A stretch of DNA of 64,000 nt from Patescibacteria group bacterium (GTDB lineage Bacteria > Patescibacteriota > Minisyncoccia > Phycocordibacterales > Phycocordibacteraceae), in NCBI GenBank assembly GCA_040390125.1, contig JAZJYZ010000001.1, positions 442,396 to 506,395 of the forward strand. Direction: 5' to 3'. Numbering within the stretch: the first letter of the stretch is position 1; each line of letters starts with the position of its first letter. Under the pieces are notes generated by a model. The model was not told the origin of the DNA, ran no database searches, and saw only the letters and a program-made list of their open reading frames with translations. The translations under genes and the position numbers were made by a program. Shown here piece after piece: positions 38,501 to 47,393 of the stretch.

Positions 38501-38663
38501 CACCACGAAGTGTCGTTTGAATAATTGCCATCGGAATGGTTACTTCCGGAGCATTTTCTTTTGGTATCGCAAAAACTGCCGTAATACCAGCAACAACAAG
38601 AGCGATGACTACTAGAATAGTGAATTGTCTGCGATCGATGAAAAAATTCCAGAATTTGTACAT
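35559..38663 (-). CDS. RND efflux transporter permease (AcrB/AcrD/AcrF family)
   Basis: 1034 aa, IGILVDSGIVVTE, RLRPIVLTTITT, 12-TM layout. Confidence 0.93.
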   Translation of the reverse strand: MYKFWNFFIDRRQFTILVVIALVVAGITAVFAIPKENAPEVTIPMAIIQTTLRGASASDTEKLITKEIEKEVSTVENLHKLTSSSREGVSVVSAEFEASANLDKSIQDVKDAVDRAKPKLPKDADDPVVLRISANDQPIFIVSLSGGLPPTEFTRLAKEVQDELESVPGVSRVDISGTRDREANVIVRKEALQSYGLSLADVVSALSASNSSLPVGTITVDDIEYAVAFKGDLNNPEELAQTSIGNLNGNPIYLRDVADIVNGIEKATSISRVSTAGAPGESAVTLSVHKKAGGNIFATASSAKEKLNSLSTTMLAGITTEISIDLGEEVQKSLSELTKVGLETVLLVMLCLVLTIGWRESLVAGLSIPLSFVIAFIGLNASGNTINFVSLFALILAIGILVDSGIVVTEAIHTRYQKFGDPIRAAKEAIREYARPLTAGTMTTVVMFAPLFFISGIVGQYIQSIPFTIITVLIASIFVALGLVPLIAIHLTKRDTGKLQIIQEEWNTKAQLWYRGFLTGVLKNRKFQNRFMWSLGIALVIAILLPVSGIVKVLFFPQDDSEYVYLEIEAKQGTPLETTDLAARGVEELLYNDPRIKSFVTTIGGSSALSQNQSSGSKYANITIKLLPKEDRRQTSTEITGELRKKVSVFHEFSVHAFEPAGGPPSGAPVLVTFSGESLDDLERSIAVAERVMRSTPGTAEVATSIKDDGTQFALTIDRAKASQVGLSPAQVASTLRTAVSGVVATTIKNDTEDVDVVVSTNLNSDWQEPGDTTKADIDALLNLSIKTPMGSVLLGSILSPSIEKSNAIIRREDQKNIATVSSYTEGGATPVEVSSAFKKAMEKESIPEGVTMKIGGETEDVNKSFSEMGLAFLAGLVLMLAILVLEFNSFRYSFYLLMLVILSLIGVLGGLALTGQPFSFSSLLGIIALAGVIINHAIILVDSIIIRMKNPEGRTLEEVVVDGAASRLRPIVLTTITTVIGMLPLAGASALWGPLAFAIMFGLSFAMILTLILTPILVYRNPGKQYWNPSSPQ

Positions 38664-38753
38664 GGTTTTTAGAGAGTGGTAAGTGGTAGATAGAAGGTAG
38701 TTAGAAAGATTAGTTTTGTATTAACATGCCACTTTCAACTTTCTACGTTCTAA

Positions 38754-40352
38754 TTACTCGCTAACAATAACTTCTTGTCCCTCTTTCAGGCCTCGCGCAT
38801 CCTCCACTATGCTCATATCAGGGGTGATGCCCGATTGCACGCCAATTCTAGAGCCTGCAAGTGCTCCTACAATTACGGGGTGGGAGACTACCGTTCCGTT
38901 TACAACAGTAAACACGACAGTTCCTTCAGGGGTAATTTTAAGTGCAGACAAAGGCAGAGTAAGAGGTGCACTTGTAGTTGAGGTTTTGGCGGTGCGTGCA
39001 ATAGTCACCGAGACACTCGATCCAGAAACTAATGAGGAATCTTGCGGAATAGAAATTCGCACTTCAGCTTTTTTGGTCACGGGGTCAAGGGCACTCGCAA
39101 GTTTAGCTACTTTGCCCACAATAGACTTTCCAATGACGGCCTTTGCACCGACTGCAATGTCTCCAATGTCACGCTCTGACACAAATGCCACAACCTCGAG
39201 CCCACGAGCATTCGTTATATAGACAACCGGCACTGAGGCGTTGACGAAAGAACCTACCTCGAGATCAAGGCGGTTGATAGTGCCTCCAATTGGAGCACGA
39301 ATGACTGTCTTCTCGAGATTTGCTCGAGCTGCCTGAAGATTAGCTTCCGCTGCACGGATATCGGAATTTTGTGATGCACCTCCGGAAAGATTTTCTGTAG
39401 ATACCTCCACCGCAGCAATTTTCGCCTTTAGATTTTCAATAGCACTGTTTATTGAAGAAGCGACGCCGTTTACATTAGACAGTGCGAGCGACACATCGGC
39501 ACGGTAGCTAGCTATTGCAGTGTCGCTTACCGAACTTGAGGTAATGGCTTTGTTCAAGGCCGAGACAGTTAATGAGAGTAGTTCACGAACCTCAGCAACG
39601 TCAGTTCGAAGGTTTTCAAGCTCAACCAAGGCACTTGAAGCATCAGTGGGGGTACTCGCATTTTCTTCTCGTGTAAAAACTGCTTGTATGGCAAGACGTT
39701 TGCTTTCAGCATTCAAAACTGCCTGTGCATTCGAAGTAGAAACAATAAATTTTGGTTGTGAACCGTTTGGATTAGAGAAGACACTATCGTTCTTTTTTTT
39801 GACTGCGTCATCGAGAGTTGCGTACGTCGTAGAAATTGTATTTTTTGCTGAATTAATAGCGGAGGTCAAACTATCTTGTGCAGACCCAAGCCCAATACCA
39901 CTTACGGTGACACCCGTCTTTGCCTTATCCAGTGCTGCTTCTGCTTGGGCTACTCCGGCTCGCTGTGAATCATTTTTTAAATCAGCGATGACTGTGCCTG
40001 CCCCAATAGTGTCGCCTAAAGAGCGGTACACGTGTGCAACAGCACCTGATACATCAGCGGCAACATTAGCTTCGCTGACGGATCGAATGGAACCTATTAA
40101 TGCAATAGGTTCAGGGAGGGAGAGATCATTTGCAGAGAGGAGAGTAACTTGGCGTCTTTCGTCTGTGGCTCCTTCGGGTTTTGCTTTGAAGAAAAAAGAA
40201 ATTCCTACAGTGGTGGCAATAAGGGCAACAATGACGCCGAGGGATATAAACTTATGTGCTTTTGCTACGATAAAAAATTCTTGGATAGATTTAAAGAGAA
40301 AGACAGATCCTCCATGAAGAAAAGTATACCCACGTGAAAGGTGTTCATTCAT
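38754..40352 (-). CDS. RND efflux periplasmic adaptor (HlyD family) with long coiled coil
   Basis: N-terminal TM, split lipoyl halves (VSGAV..., IRAPIGGTI), LPLSAL; upstream of the permease. Confidence 0.85.
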   Translation of the reverse strand: MNEHLSRGYTFLHGGSVFLFKSIQEFFIVAKAHKFISLGVIVALIATTVGISFFFKAKPEGATDERRQVTLLSANDLSLPEPIALIGSIRSVSEANVAADVSGAVAHVYRSLGDTIGAGTVIADLKNDSQRAGVAQAEAALDKAKTGVTVSGIGLGSAQDSLTSAINSAKNTISTTYATLDDAVKKKNDSVFSNPNGSQPKFIVSTSNAQAVLNAESKRLAIQAVFTREENASTPTDASSALVELENLRTDVAEVRELLSLTVSALNKAITSSSVSDTAIASYRADVSLALSNVNGVASSINSAIENLKAKIAAVEVSTENLSGGASQNSDIRAAEANLQAARANLEKTVIRAPIGGTINRLDLEVGSFVNASVPVVYITNARGLEVVAFVSERDIGDIAVGAKAVIGKSIVGKVAKLASALDPVTKKAEVRISIPQDSSLVSGSSVSVTIARTAKTSTTSAPLTLPLSALKITPEGTVVFTVVNGTVVSHPVIVGALAGSRIGVQSGITPDMSIVEDARGLKEGQEVIVSE

Positions 40353-40363
40353 ATATCAAAGAC

Positions 40364-40615
40364 TTATGCTCGTTCAGTTTTTTTAAGTATTGAGCGAATG
40401 TTTTTAAGGTTTCCCGCAAGGTGCGAGGCAAATTTCTCGACATTTGAAAGCTTAGCAAAAGCAATCATATCGCACCCCATGCCAAAAACGAGGAGTTTCT
40501 CTCCTTCTTTGAGTCCCATGGCTTTCCTTGCTTCAGCAGGGATGACCACTTGGCCTTTGGCACCCACAGTAGTGGCACCGTAAAACTCTTTTTGAGTACT
40601 TCCTGGCTTTATCAT
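40364..40615 (-). CDS. AbrB/MazE/SpoVT-family transcriptional regulator
   Basis: FYGATTVGAKGQVVIPAEARKAMGLKEGEKLLV. Confidence 0.88.
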   Translation of the reverse strand: MIKPGSTQKEFYGATTVGAKGQVVIPAEARKAMGLKEGEKLLVFGMGCDMIAFAKLSNVEKFASHLAGNLKNIRSILKKTERA

Positions 40616-40655
40616 GGTGTAAAAAATACTACCATAGAGATGTATATCCATACAA

Positions 40656-40671
40656 GTATGAAATGTATGAA
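40656..40671 (-). promoter_or_regulatory. GTATGAA direct repeat, candidate AbrB-family operator
   Basis: Two copies 9 bp apart upstream of the regulator/efflux operon. Confidence 0.35.
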
Positions 40672-40735
40672 GGTGAAAGCACTCTTTGGGTCACACTTCC
40701 ACATCAGATTTTGGTTTCATCTGTTAGAATATATT

Positions 40736-40836
40736 TAGAGATGATAGAGAAAGTAGAAGTGTATAGAGACGGTAGTGCTTTCCTATTTTCTATTCTTCCT
40801 ACACTCTCTACTATCTCTAATTTCTCTACTACTCTA
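40736..40836. repeat. Inverted pair of ~9-bp periodic tracts
   Basis: TAGAGATGA TAGAGAAAG... followed by CTACACTCT CTACTATCT CTAATTTCT. Confidence 0.65.
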
Positions 40837-40840
40837 GCTT

Positions 40841-41422
40841 ATGCTTCATAAGAAGATATTTATCTTGATGGGGAATCCTGATAGCGATTCTCGCACGGGG
40901 CATCTTGCTGATGCGTACGAGCTTGGTGCACTTCAAGCAGGGCATGAGGTAAAACGTCAAAATATTGGAGAGATGCACTTCGATCCCATACTTCATAAGG
41001 GTTATAAGGTAATTCAAGAATTGGAACCTGATTTAAAAAAGTTTCAGGAAGATATTCGTTGGGCTGACCATTTAGTTTTTCTCTATCCAAACTGGTGGTC
41101 CACCATGCCGGCCTTATTAAAGGGGCTCATTGACCGAGCGTGGTTGCCGGGGTTTGCATTTAGGTTCCATAAAACAGATGCGTGGTGGGATAGTCTACTC
41201 AAAGGCAAGAGTGGACGCATAATAATTTTAGCTAACACACACCCGTGGGTTAATTGGTTTTTCTTTGGCGAATTCACCAACGAGCTTGCCCGGGCTACGC
41301 TGGCCTTTTCTGGCGTTCGTCCAATTTCTGTAAAAGTCTTTACTCCTTCCGAAAAGGTATCTCCGGCAAAATGGAAGCAATGGGTTGATACGGTGCAACA
41401 AATGGGGAAGTCCGCCCGTTGA
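40841..41422 (+). CDS. Flavodoxin-like NAD(P)H-dependent (quinone) oxidoreductase
   Basis: GNP, LEPDL, WADHLVFLYPNWWSTMPALLKGLIDR, PGFAF. Confidence 0.9.
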   Translation: MLHKKIFILMGNPDSDSRTGHLADAYELGALQAGHEVKRQNIGEMHFDPILHKGYKVIQELEPDLKKFQEDIRWADHLVFLYPNWWSTMPALLKGLIDRAWLPGFAFRFHKTDAWWDSLLKGKSGRIIILANTHPWVNWFFFGEFTNELARATLAFSGVRPISVKVFTPSEKVSPAKWKQWVDTVQQMGKSAR

Positions 41423-41511
41423 TGTATTTTTTTTTGACGTTACCTTAATGTTGGCAGAAAAGTACTACAGGAAGGTACTCTATTATTAATATTAATTAGT
41501 TTATTTTATAT

Positions 41512-41721
41512 ATGCCTTTAGGAAAATATTTGGAGCAAAAAGTAAGAGTTCGATCCGAAGCTGATAGAACTCTAGTGGGGGAACGTGCTGTTAAGCCTGG
41601 TTCTTTTGCCCGTGGGTTACAGAAGAGAAATCAAGGAGCTTACTCTGTATGGGACGTCTTGAAGGTGTACGCAAGTGGCAGGACAGAAAGGGTGACTCGC
41701 ACAGGGCCATTAGAGGAGTGA
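41512..41721 (+). CDS. Orphan 69-aa protein
   Basis: ORF track; AT-rich leader. Confidence 0.5.
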   Translation: MPLGKYLEQKVRVRSEADRTLVGERAVKPGSFARGLQKRNQGAYSVWDVLKVYASGRTERVTRTGPLEE

Positions 41722-41784
41722 GACTAGTGTTAATCATGCGGGCAATTACGCCGTCAAAATATACATACGGCTGATTTCTACCTG

Positions 41785-41820
41785 TATAGTATAAAATGAC
41801 GACCGTCATTTTATACTATA
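41785..41820. repeat. 36-bp palindrome family, copy 3
   Basis: TATAGTATAAAATGACG-AC-CGTCATTTTATACTATA. Confidence 0.85.
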
Positions 41821-42025
41821 TCTGTGTTTTTTGAAATTTTTATAGGGTTCGCTCCGGTTATATATAAACATTGTATTTCCGAGAGATGCTTTTCTTGAAA
41901 TGGTTGATTCTATGGGCTCGAAAAGAGGGTTCTCAAGGCACTTGACAAATAAATTATATCTGATATGATATACTTATAGTCGAATCTTGAGCAGACGAGC
42001 ATTTAAAAATTTAACTATTTAATAT

Positions 42026-42280
42026 ATGTCATTTGATACAGGGCACGAAAGACCGTCAGGTTCAAGCGTTAGAGCTGCACAGGCGGTTCGTGAACGCCGA
42101 GGCGATATGTTATATCAGACTGGTATAAGTCTGTATGCCGCTGGGTTCGGGGCTGTAGTAGCTGCGGCGATCTTGGGTGCTCCCGTTGTCGCTTTCGCTG
42201 GTGCTGGTTTCGCATTAACCGGTCTAGCCGTTAATCATTTTGGCTTTCTTTTGGGGAGCCCTGCTCGTGCGAAGGCTTGA
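42026..42280 (+). CDS. Orphan 84-aa Gly/Ala-rich membrane peptide
   Basis: TTGACA(41942)-16-TATGAT promoter; two hydrophobic segments; own terminator. Confidence 0.6.
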   Translation: MSFDTGHERPSGSSVRAAQAVRERRGDMLYQTGISLYAAGFGAVVAAAILGAPVVAFAGAGFALTGLAVNHFGFLLGSPARAKA

Positions 42281-42333
42281 GGAGAATACGGTAGATGTTT
42301 ACCTGAGGAGATATCGTAGAGAGAATTAACATT

Positions 42334-42370
42334 AAAAACCCTGATTCGGTATGCCGAATCAGGGTTTTTT
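42334..42370 (+). terminator. Intrinsic terminator
   Basis: AAAAACCCTGATTCGG-TATG-CCGAATCAGGGTTTTTT. Confidence 0.85.
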
Positions 42371-42421
42371 ATTTTCTTTTAGGCTAGCCTCTAAACGCTA
42401 AACCCTATACACTAGTCCTTT

Positions 42422-43519
42422 ATGGGTTTATCTATAGGAATCGTAGGCCTGCCAAATGTTGGGAAATCGACGCTTTTTAACGCACTCACAGCAAAGGGTG
42501 TTCCTGCGGAGAACTATCCTTTTTGCACCATTGATCCATCGGTAGGTATCGTGCCGGTGCCTGACCCTCGTCTTCAAAAACTGGCAACCCTTTCAAATTG
42601 CTTCAAGATTATTCCTGCCGTTATTGAATTTGTTGATATTGCAGGCTTAGTGAAGGGGGCATCTGAAGGTGCGGGCTTAGGCAATCAGTTTCTCCAGCAC
42701 ATTCGAGAAACAGACGCCATTATGGAAGTCGTGCGGATTTTTGATGATGCCGATATTACGCACGTTGATGGAGATGTTGATCCAGTGAGGGATATTGAAG
42801 TCATCAATTTAGAGCTTGTGCTCACGGATCTCTCGACGGTATCAAAACGTTTAGAGGGCGTTGGACGTGACGCTAAACGTGGAGTAAAAGAAGCTGTTTT
42901 AGAGCAGACGACTTTGCAAAAAATTGACCAAACACTTTCAGCTGGAAAACTAGCGTCCTTTACTTCACTCTCGGACGAAGAGCGTTTTGCAGTGCGTACT
43001 TTGCAACTGCTTACTATGAAGCCGATCATGTATGCACTCAATAAAAAAGCGGGAGGGCACAACCTTGATGAATTGAATGATGGCCGTTACCAAAAACTCG
43101 TTGAGTTTTTGGACGACATGGGTGCGGTGTACATTACGGTAGACGCAGGCATTGAAGGAGAGCTCCGTGATGTTGCAGGTGAAGATAAAGAAACACTCAG
43201 GCGTGAGTTTGGAGTTGTAGACGATGGCTTGGATGGGCTTATTCGTGCCGGATATCGTTTACTTGGACTCATTACATTTCTTACCACTGGAGAAGTTGAA
43301 ACACGAGCGTGGACAGTGAAGGTTGGCTCCACAGCACCTGAAGCGGGAGCGGCAATTCACACCGATTTTAGGGATACTTTCATCCGGGCTGAAGTTGTTG
43401 CATACGAGAAGCTCGTTGAAGCTGGATCCTACGCCTCCGCACGAGAGAAAGGCTGGGTACGAACGGAAGGGAAGGAATACATAGTGAAAGACGGGGATGT
43501 GATAGAGTTTAAGGTATAG
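42422..43519 (+). CDS. ychF: Ribosome-binding ATPase YchF
   Basis: GIVGLPNVGKSTLFN, NYPFCTI, DIAGLV, GLGNQFL, IHTDF, EGKEYIVKDGD. Confidence 0.97.
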   Translation: MGLSIGIVGLPNVGKSTLFNALTAKGVPAENYPFCTIDPSVGIVPVPDPRLQKLATLSNCFKIIPAVIEFVDIAGLVKGASEGAGLGNQFLQHIRETDAIMEVVRIFDDADITHVDGDVDPVRDIEVINLELVLTDLSTVSKRLEGVGRDAKRGVKEAVLEQTTLQKIDQTLSAGKLASFTSLSDEERFAVRTLQLLTMKPIMYALNKKAGGHNLDELNDGRYQKLVEFLDDMGAVYITVDAGIEGELRDVAGEDKETLRREFGVVDDGLDGLIRAGYRLLGLITFLTTGEVETRAWTVKVGSTAPEAGAAIHTDFRDTFIRAEVVAYEKLVEAGSYASAREKGWVRTEGKEYIVKDGDVIEFKV

Positions 43520-43543
43520 TTTTATTCTTAGTTCAAAAGCTAT

Positions 43544-43654
43544 ATGGGTTTTGAAGATGATAATGAACTTCCTCTTTCGCCACTACCGTCACGATACTCA
43601 GGTGATGGGAAGAGACCTCCTGTAGTGCCTGATCGAGAGTTAGATGAAAAATAA
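43544..43654 (+). CDS. Orphan 36-aa microprotein
   Basis: Manual translation MGFEDDNELPLSPLPSRYSGDGKRPPVVPDRELDEK. Confidence 0.35.
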   Translation: MGFEDDNELPLSPLPSRYSGDGKRPPVVPDRELDEK

Positions 43655-43672
43655 TAATAATAAAATAACTAT

Positions 43673-44611
43673 ATGGATGGCACAGTCAAAGCAAAAGTAA
43701 CTCCTAAAGATTTTTTTCTCTGGCTCGGGGCAATGGTTGCTCTCTATGTTTCAGCAACCTCGCTCATCCTCCTTATTCATCAGTACATAACGTATTTCTT
43801 CCCGAGCCCTTTGGATTACGGCGATATCTATTCAGGTACGTTCCGCTTTGCAATAGCATCTCTTGTGGTGTTCTTTCCTTTGTATATTTTGCTTACACGA
43901 ATGGTGCATCAAGATATTCGCAAAGTTCCAGAGAAAAAAGAGTTATGGGTTCGGAAGTGGTTGGTAGTCATCACGCTTTTCATAGCTGGTCTCACTATTG
44001 CAGGAGATTTGGTAGCCCTGGTAAACACGTTCTTGAACGGCGAACTTACGACACGCTTCATTCTTAAAGTACTCGTCATTCTCGTAGTCTTGGGGGCAAT
44101 CTTTTGGTATTACCTCGAAGAGCTTCGGGGAAAATGGGAGCGAGAAGAAAAAACTTCAAAAGGACTCGCAGTCATAGTTACACTCATCGTGCTTGCAACA
44201 GTTATTGGTGGTTTTTTCATCATAGGTTCTCCTCAAAGTCAGCGGTCACTCCGGCTTGATCAGCAAAGAATTTCTGATCTTCAAAATATTCAGTATCAGC
44301 TAACCTACTATTGGCAACAGAAGCAAAAACTTCCTGTTAGAGTTTCGGAGCTTGAAGATCCATTAGTTGGTTTTTTTGCACCAACAGATCCTGAAAGCGG
44401 ACTTTCGTATCGCTACGAAAGCACTGGAGATAAATCCTTTAAACTCTGTGCAAACTTCTCTCTCCCGAGCCCTGAAACACCTAAAGGTGCCGTAGTTCAC
44501 CTAACGTATCCCGCCCAAGAATCTTGGGAGCACGGAGAAGGGGAGCAGTGTTTTGATCGCACTATAGACCCGGAGTTTTTTCCAACCATCAAACCAGGTC
44601 CTAGGTTCTAG
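43673..44611 (+). CDS. DUF5671-like membrane protein with pilin-like C-terminal segment
   Basis: TPKDFFL, RFAIASLVVFFP, FLNGELTTRF, LDQQRISDLQNIQ, DPESG..YRY. Confidence 0.7.
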   Translation: MDGTVKAKVTPKDFFLWLGAMVALYVSATSLILLIHQYITYFFPSPLDYGDIYSGTFRFAIASLVVFFPLYILLTRMVHQDIRKVPEKKELWVRKWLVVITLFIAGLTIAGDLVALVNTFLNGELTTRFILKVLVILVVLGAIFWYYLEELRGKWEREEKTSKGLAVIVTLIVLATVIGGFFIIGSPQSQRSLRLDQQRISDLQNIQYQLTYYWQQKQKLPVRVSELEDPLVGFFAPTDPESGLSYRYESTGDKSFKLCANFSLPSPETPKGAVVHLTYPAQESWEHGEGEQCFDRTIDPEFFPTIKPGPRF

Positions 44612-44658
44612 CTTTAAAAAGTTAGAGAAAAAGCAGAAATGCGGTTAAAATAACACGC

Positions 44659-47124
44659 ATGGCTAAAACCTATGACCATAAAAAAATAGAGAAGAAGTGG
44701 CGGAAGCATTGGGAGGAAGGCGGTGCATACGTAACGGACGAATCTTCATCCAAACCAAAACAATACGTTCTGGACATGTTCCCGTATCCATCGGGGTTAG
44801 GCTTGCACACCGGACACGTTGAAGGATACACAGCAACAGACATCTACGCTCGATTTAAACGGATGCAAGGTTTTAATGTTTTGCATCCCATGGGGTGGGA
44901 CGCATTCGGGCTTCCTGCAGAAAACTACGCAATAAAAACAAAAACACCTCCTCGAGAGACCACCAATAAGGCAATTGATAATTTTCGCAATCAAATCCAA
45001 TCGTTAGGACTTTCCTATGATTGGTCACGAGAAGTTGGTACGCATAATCCTGACTACTATAAATGGACGCAGTGGTTTTTTTTATTTTTGTTTGAAAATG
45101 GACTTGCTGAAAAGCGAATGGGGAAAGTGAATTGGTGTCCGACAGATCAAACTGTCTTAGCAAACGAACAGACCGTGAGTGAGAGTGGAGAGAAGGGTGT
45201 CTGCGTGCGTTGCGGTACAAAAATAATTCAACGCGAACTTGCTCAGTGGTTTTTTAAGATAACTGATTTTGCTGATGCACTCGTCAACGACCTTGACGGC
45301 GTCGATTGGCCGGAATCTACAAAGGTAAACCAGCGTAATTGGATAGGGCGTTCAGAAGGTGCAGAAATAGATTTTTCAGTAGCAGAATCAAGGCAAAAGA
45401 TTACCGTCTTCACCACCCGTCCGGATACCATTTTCGGTGCAACCTATCTTGTCCTCGCTCCTGAACATCCCCTTATTTCCGAAAGTATAAATACCACAAT
45501 TAATCGTAGTGAAATTGAAGCCTATCTTGAAAAAAATAAAGATTTAAAGGAAATCGAACGCACTGCCGAGGGGAGAGAAAAGACTGGTGTAGAGCTTAAA
45601 GGCATTAAGGCAATCAATCCGGCTACTAAAGAGGAAATTCCAATTTGGGTAGCCGATTACGTACTTGGCGGATATGGAACTGGAGCTATTATGGCGGTTC
45701 CCGCACATGATTCACGAGATTTCGCATTTGCGAGGAAATTTGATTTACCGATGAAGGCAGTTATTATTCCTGAAGGGAATGTCGATTTCGAACTTCAACA
45801 TTTACTGTTTGAAGGAACTCAAGAATCCGTTACTGAATACATAATCAAAACAGGAGCATACGGTGGAACTGGCATTTTGGTAGGTTCAAAACAATTTAAC
45901 GCACAAAAATCTGAAACGGTAAAAGAAAAAATATCCATTTTAGTTGCTGGGCGAACGAAAGTTACATACCGACTTCGTGACTGGCTTATTTCTCGCCAAC
46001 GCTACTGGGGAGCTCCAATTCCGGTGGTCTATGACCCAGAAGGTAAGCCACACGCAATTCCTAAAGAGCACTTACCATGGCTTCTTCCTGAAGACGTAGA
46101 GTATTTACCGAAGGGAACTTCTCCGCTCGGAACCTCAAAAGAACTTCTTGAGCGTACCGAAAAGATATTCGGAAAAGGGTGGAAGCCAGAGATTGATACT
46201 ATGGATACTTTTGTGTGCTCGTCGTGGTACTTTTTTCGTTTTTCTGACCCACACAATCTTGAAGAATTTGCTTCAAAAGAAGCAATGCAGAAATGGCTCC
46301 CTGTTGATCTCTATATGGGAGGTGCTGAACACACTGTGCTCCATCTCATGTACGCACGCTTTATCACTAAAGCATTACAGAAATTTGGATACGTATCTTT
46401 TGGGGAGCCATTTAAGGCACTACGACATCAAGGAATGATTCTTGCTGAAGATGGAACCAAGATGTCTAAGTCGAAAGGTAACGTCATCAATCCAGATGAG
46501 TTTGTGGAGCTCTATGGAGCGGATACCGTGCGTATCTATGAAATGTTCATGGGGCCACTTGAAGCGATGAAGCCGTGGAATACTCAAAACATCATTGGCT
46601 CAAGAAGATTTCTGGAACGTGTATGGCGAATACAGGAGAAAATGAGCAAAGAAGCATTGCTTGATGCTAATGCGGACAGCGTGTTGCAACAAACTATAAA
46701 AAAAGTAGGTGAGGATATTCAGACCTTAAGTTTGAATACCGCAGTGAGTCAAATGATGATTTGTCTTAATTCTTTTGAAAAGGAGGAACATATACCGGTG
46801 AGTACATATGAGAGTTTCCTACGTATTCTTGCTCCATTCGCTCCGCATATCACAGAGGAGTTGTGGCAGGATTTGGGACATACAGGCTCAATACATACTG
46901 AAGGTTGGCCAACATTTGACCCTTCAAAGCTTGAAAAAAATGAAATAGTAATTGCTGTTCAGCTTGCGGGGAAAGTGAAAGGTACTGTTGTGATAGCTAA
47001 TAAGGCGACAGAAGATGAAGTGGTACAACTTGTCCGAGCCGATGCAAAACTTTCTCTAATTGTTCCTGAAAAGCCAAGTCGCACCATTTTCGTTCCCGGC
47101 CGTATCATAAATTTCATACCCTAA
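44659..47124 (+). CDS. leuS: Leucine--tRNA ligase
   Basis: MFPYPSG, HTGH, GWDAFGLPAEN, FTTRPDT, DWLISRQRYWG, KMSKS. Confidence 0.98.
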   Translation: MAKTYDHKKIEKKWRKHWEEGGAYVTDESSSKPKQYVLDMFPYPSGLGLHTGHVEGYTATDIYARFKRMQGFNVLHPMGWDAFGLPAENYAIKTKTPPRETTNKAIDNFRNQIQSLGLSYDWSREVGTHNPDYYKWTQWFFLFLFENGLAEKRMGKVNWCPTDQTVLANEQTVSESGEKGVCVRCGTKIIQRELAQWFFKITDFADALVNDLDGVDWPESTKVNQRNWIGRSEGAEIDFSVAESRQKITVFTTRPDTIFGATYLVLAPEHPLISESINTTINRSEIEAYLEKNKDLKEIERTAEGREKTGVELKGIKAINPATKEEIPIWVADYVLGGYGTGAIMAVPAHDSRDFAFARKFDLPMKAVIIPEGNVDFELQHLLFEGTQESVTEYIIKTGAYGGTGILVGSKQFNAQKSETVKEKISILVAGRTKVTYRLRDWLISRQRYWGAPIPVVYDPEGKPHAIPKEHLPWLLPEDVEYLPKGTSPLGTSKELLERTEKIFGKGWKPEIDTMDTFVCSSWYFFRFSDPHNLEEFASKEAMQKWLPVDLYMGGAEHTVLHLMYARFITKALQKFGYVSFGEPFKALRHQGMILAEDGTKMSKSKGNVINPDEFVELYGADTVRIYEMFMGPLEAMKPWNTQNIIGSRRFLERVWRIQEKMSKEALLDANADSVLQQTIKKVGEDIQTLSLNTAVSQMMICLNSFEKEEHIPVSTYESFLRILAPFAPHITEELWQDLGHTGSIHTEGWPTFDPSKLEKNEIVIAVQLAGKVKGTVVIANKATEDEVVQLVRADAKLSLIVPEKPSRTIFVPGRIINFIP

Positions 47125-47160
47125 CCCCCATGTGGGACCTTCAAGGTCCCACATGGGGGT
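47124..47160. repeat. 37-bp GC-rich palindrome directly after leuS
   Basis: ACCCCCATGTGGGACCTT-C-AAGGTCCCACATGGGGGT. Confidence 0.8.
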
Positions 47161-47163
47161 GGG

Positions 47164-47304
47164 CCCCGCACTGAAACTTGGCGTTATAGCTTGCTGTACC
47201 GATATATGAGATTATTTATATTACTGTTGCCACTATTGCACTCCGTGTAATGCGTTATGCTCACGCTTCGCTATGAGGTACGACGCCAAGTTCTAGTGAC
47301 GGGG
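47164..47304. mobile_element. MITE-like or structured-RNA element with ~21-bp imperfect terminal inverted repeats
   Basis: CCCCGCACTGAAACTTGGCGT ... ACGCCAAGTTCTAGTGACGGGG. Confidence 0.45.
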
Positions 47305-47325
47305 TGGGGATAACTTATGGCAGGT

Positions 47326-47354
47326 TTGACGTGATTTAAAATATGTGCTATAAG
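47326..47354 (+). promoter_or_regulatory. Putative sigma70 promoter TTGACG-17-TATAAG with extended TG
   Basis: Consensus-like boxes upstream of the 47394 ORF. Confidence 0.55.
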
Positions 47355-47393
47355 GAATAGACACTAATCGATAAAAAGTAGGATAATACATAT

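Noticed and set aside
35626-40317. Long plus-strand ORFs antisense to the RND genes (e.g. 39520-40317), and similar shadow ORFs across the window
   Set aside because: They are antisense shadows of well-supported genes and carry no motifs.
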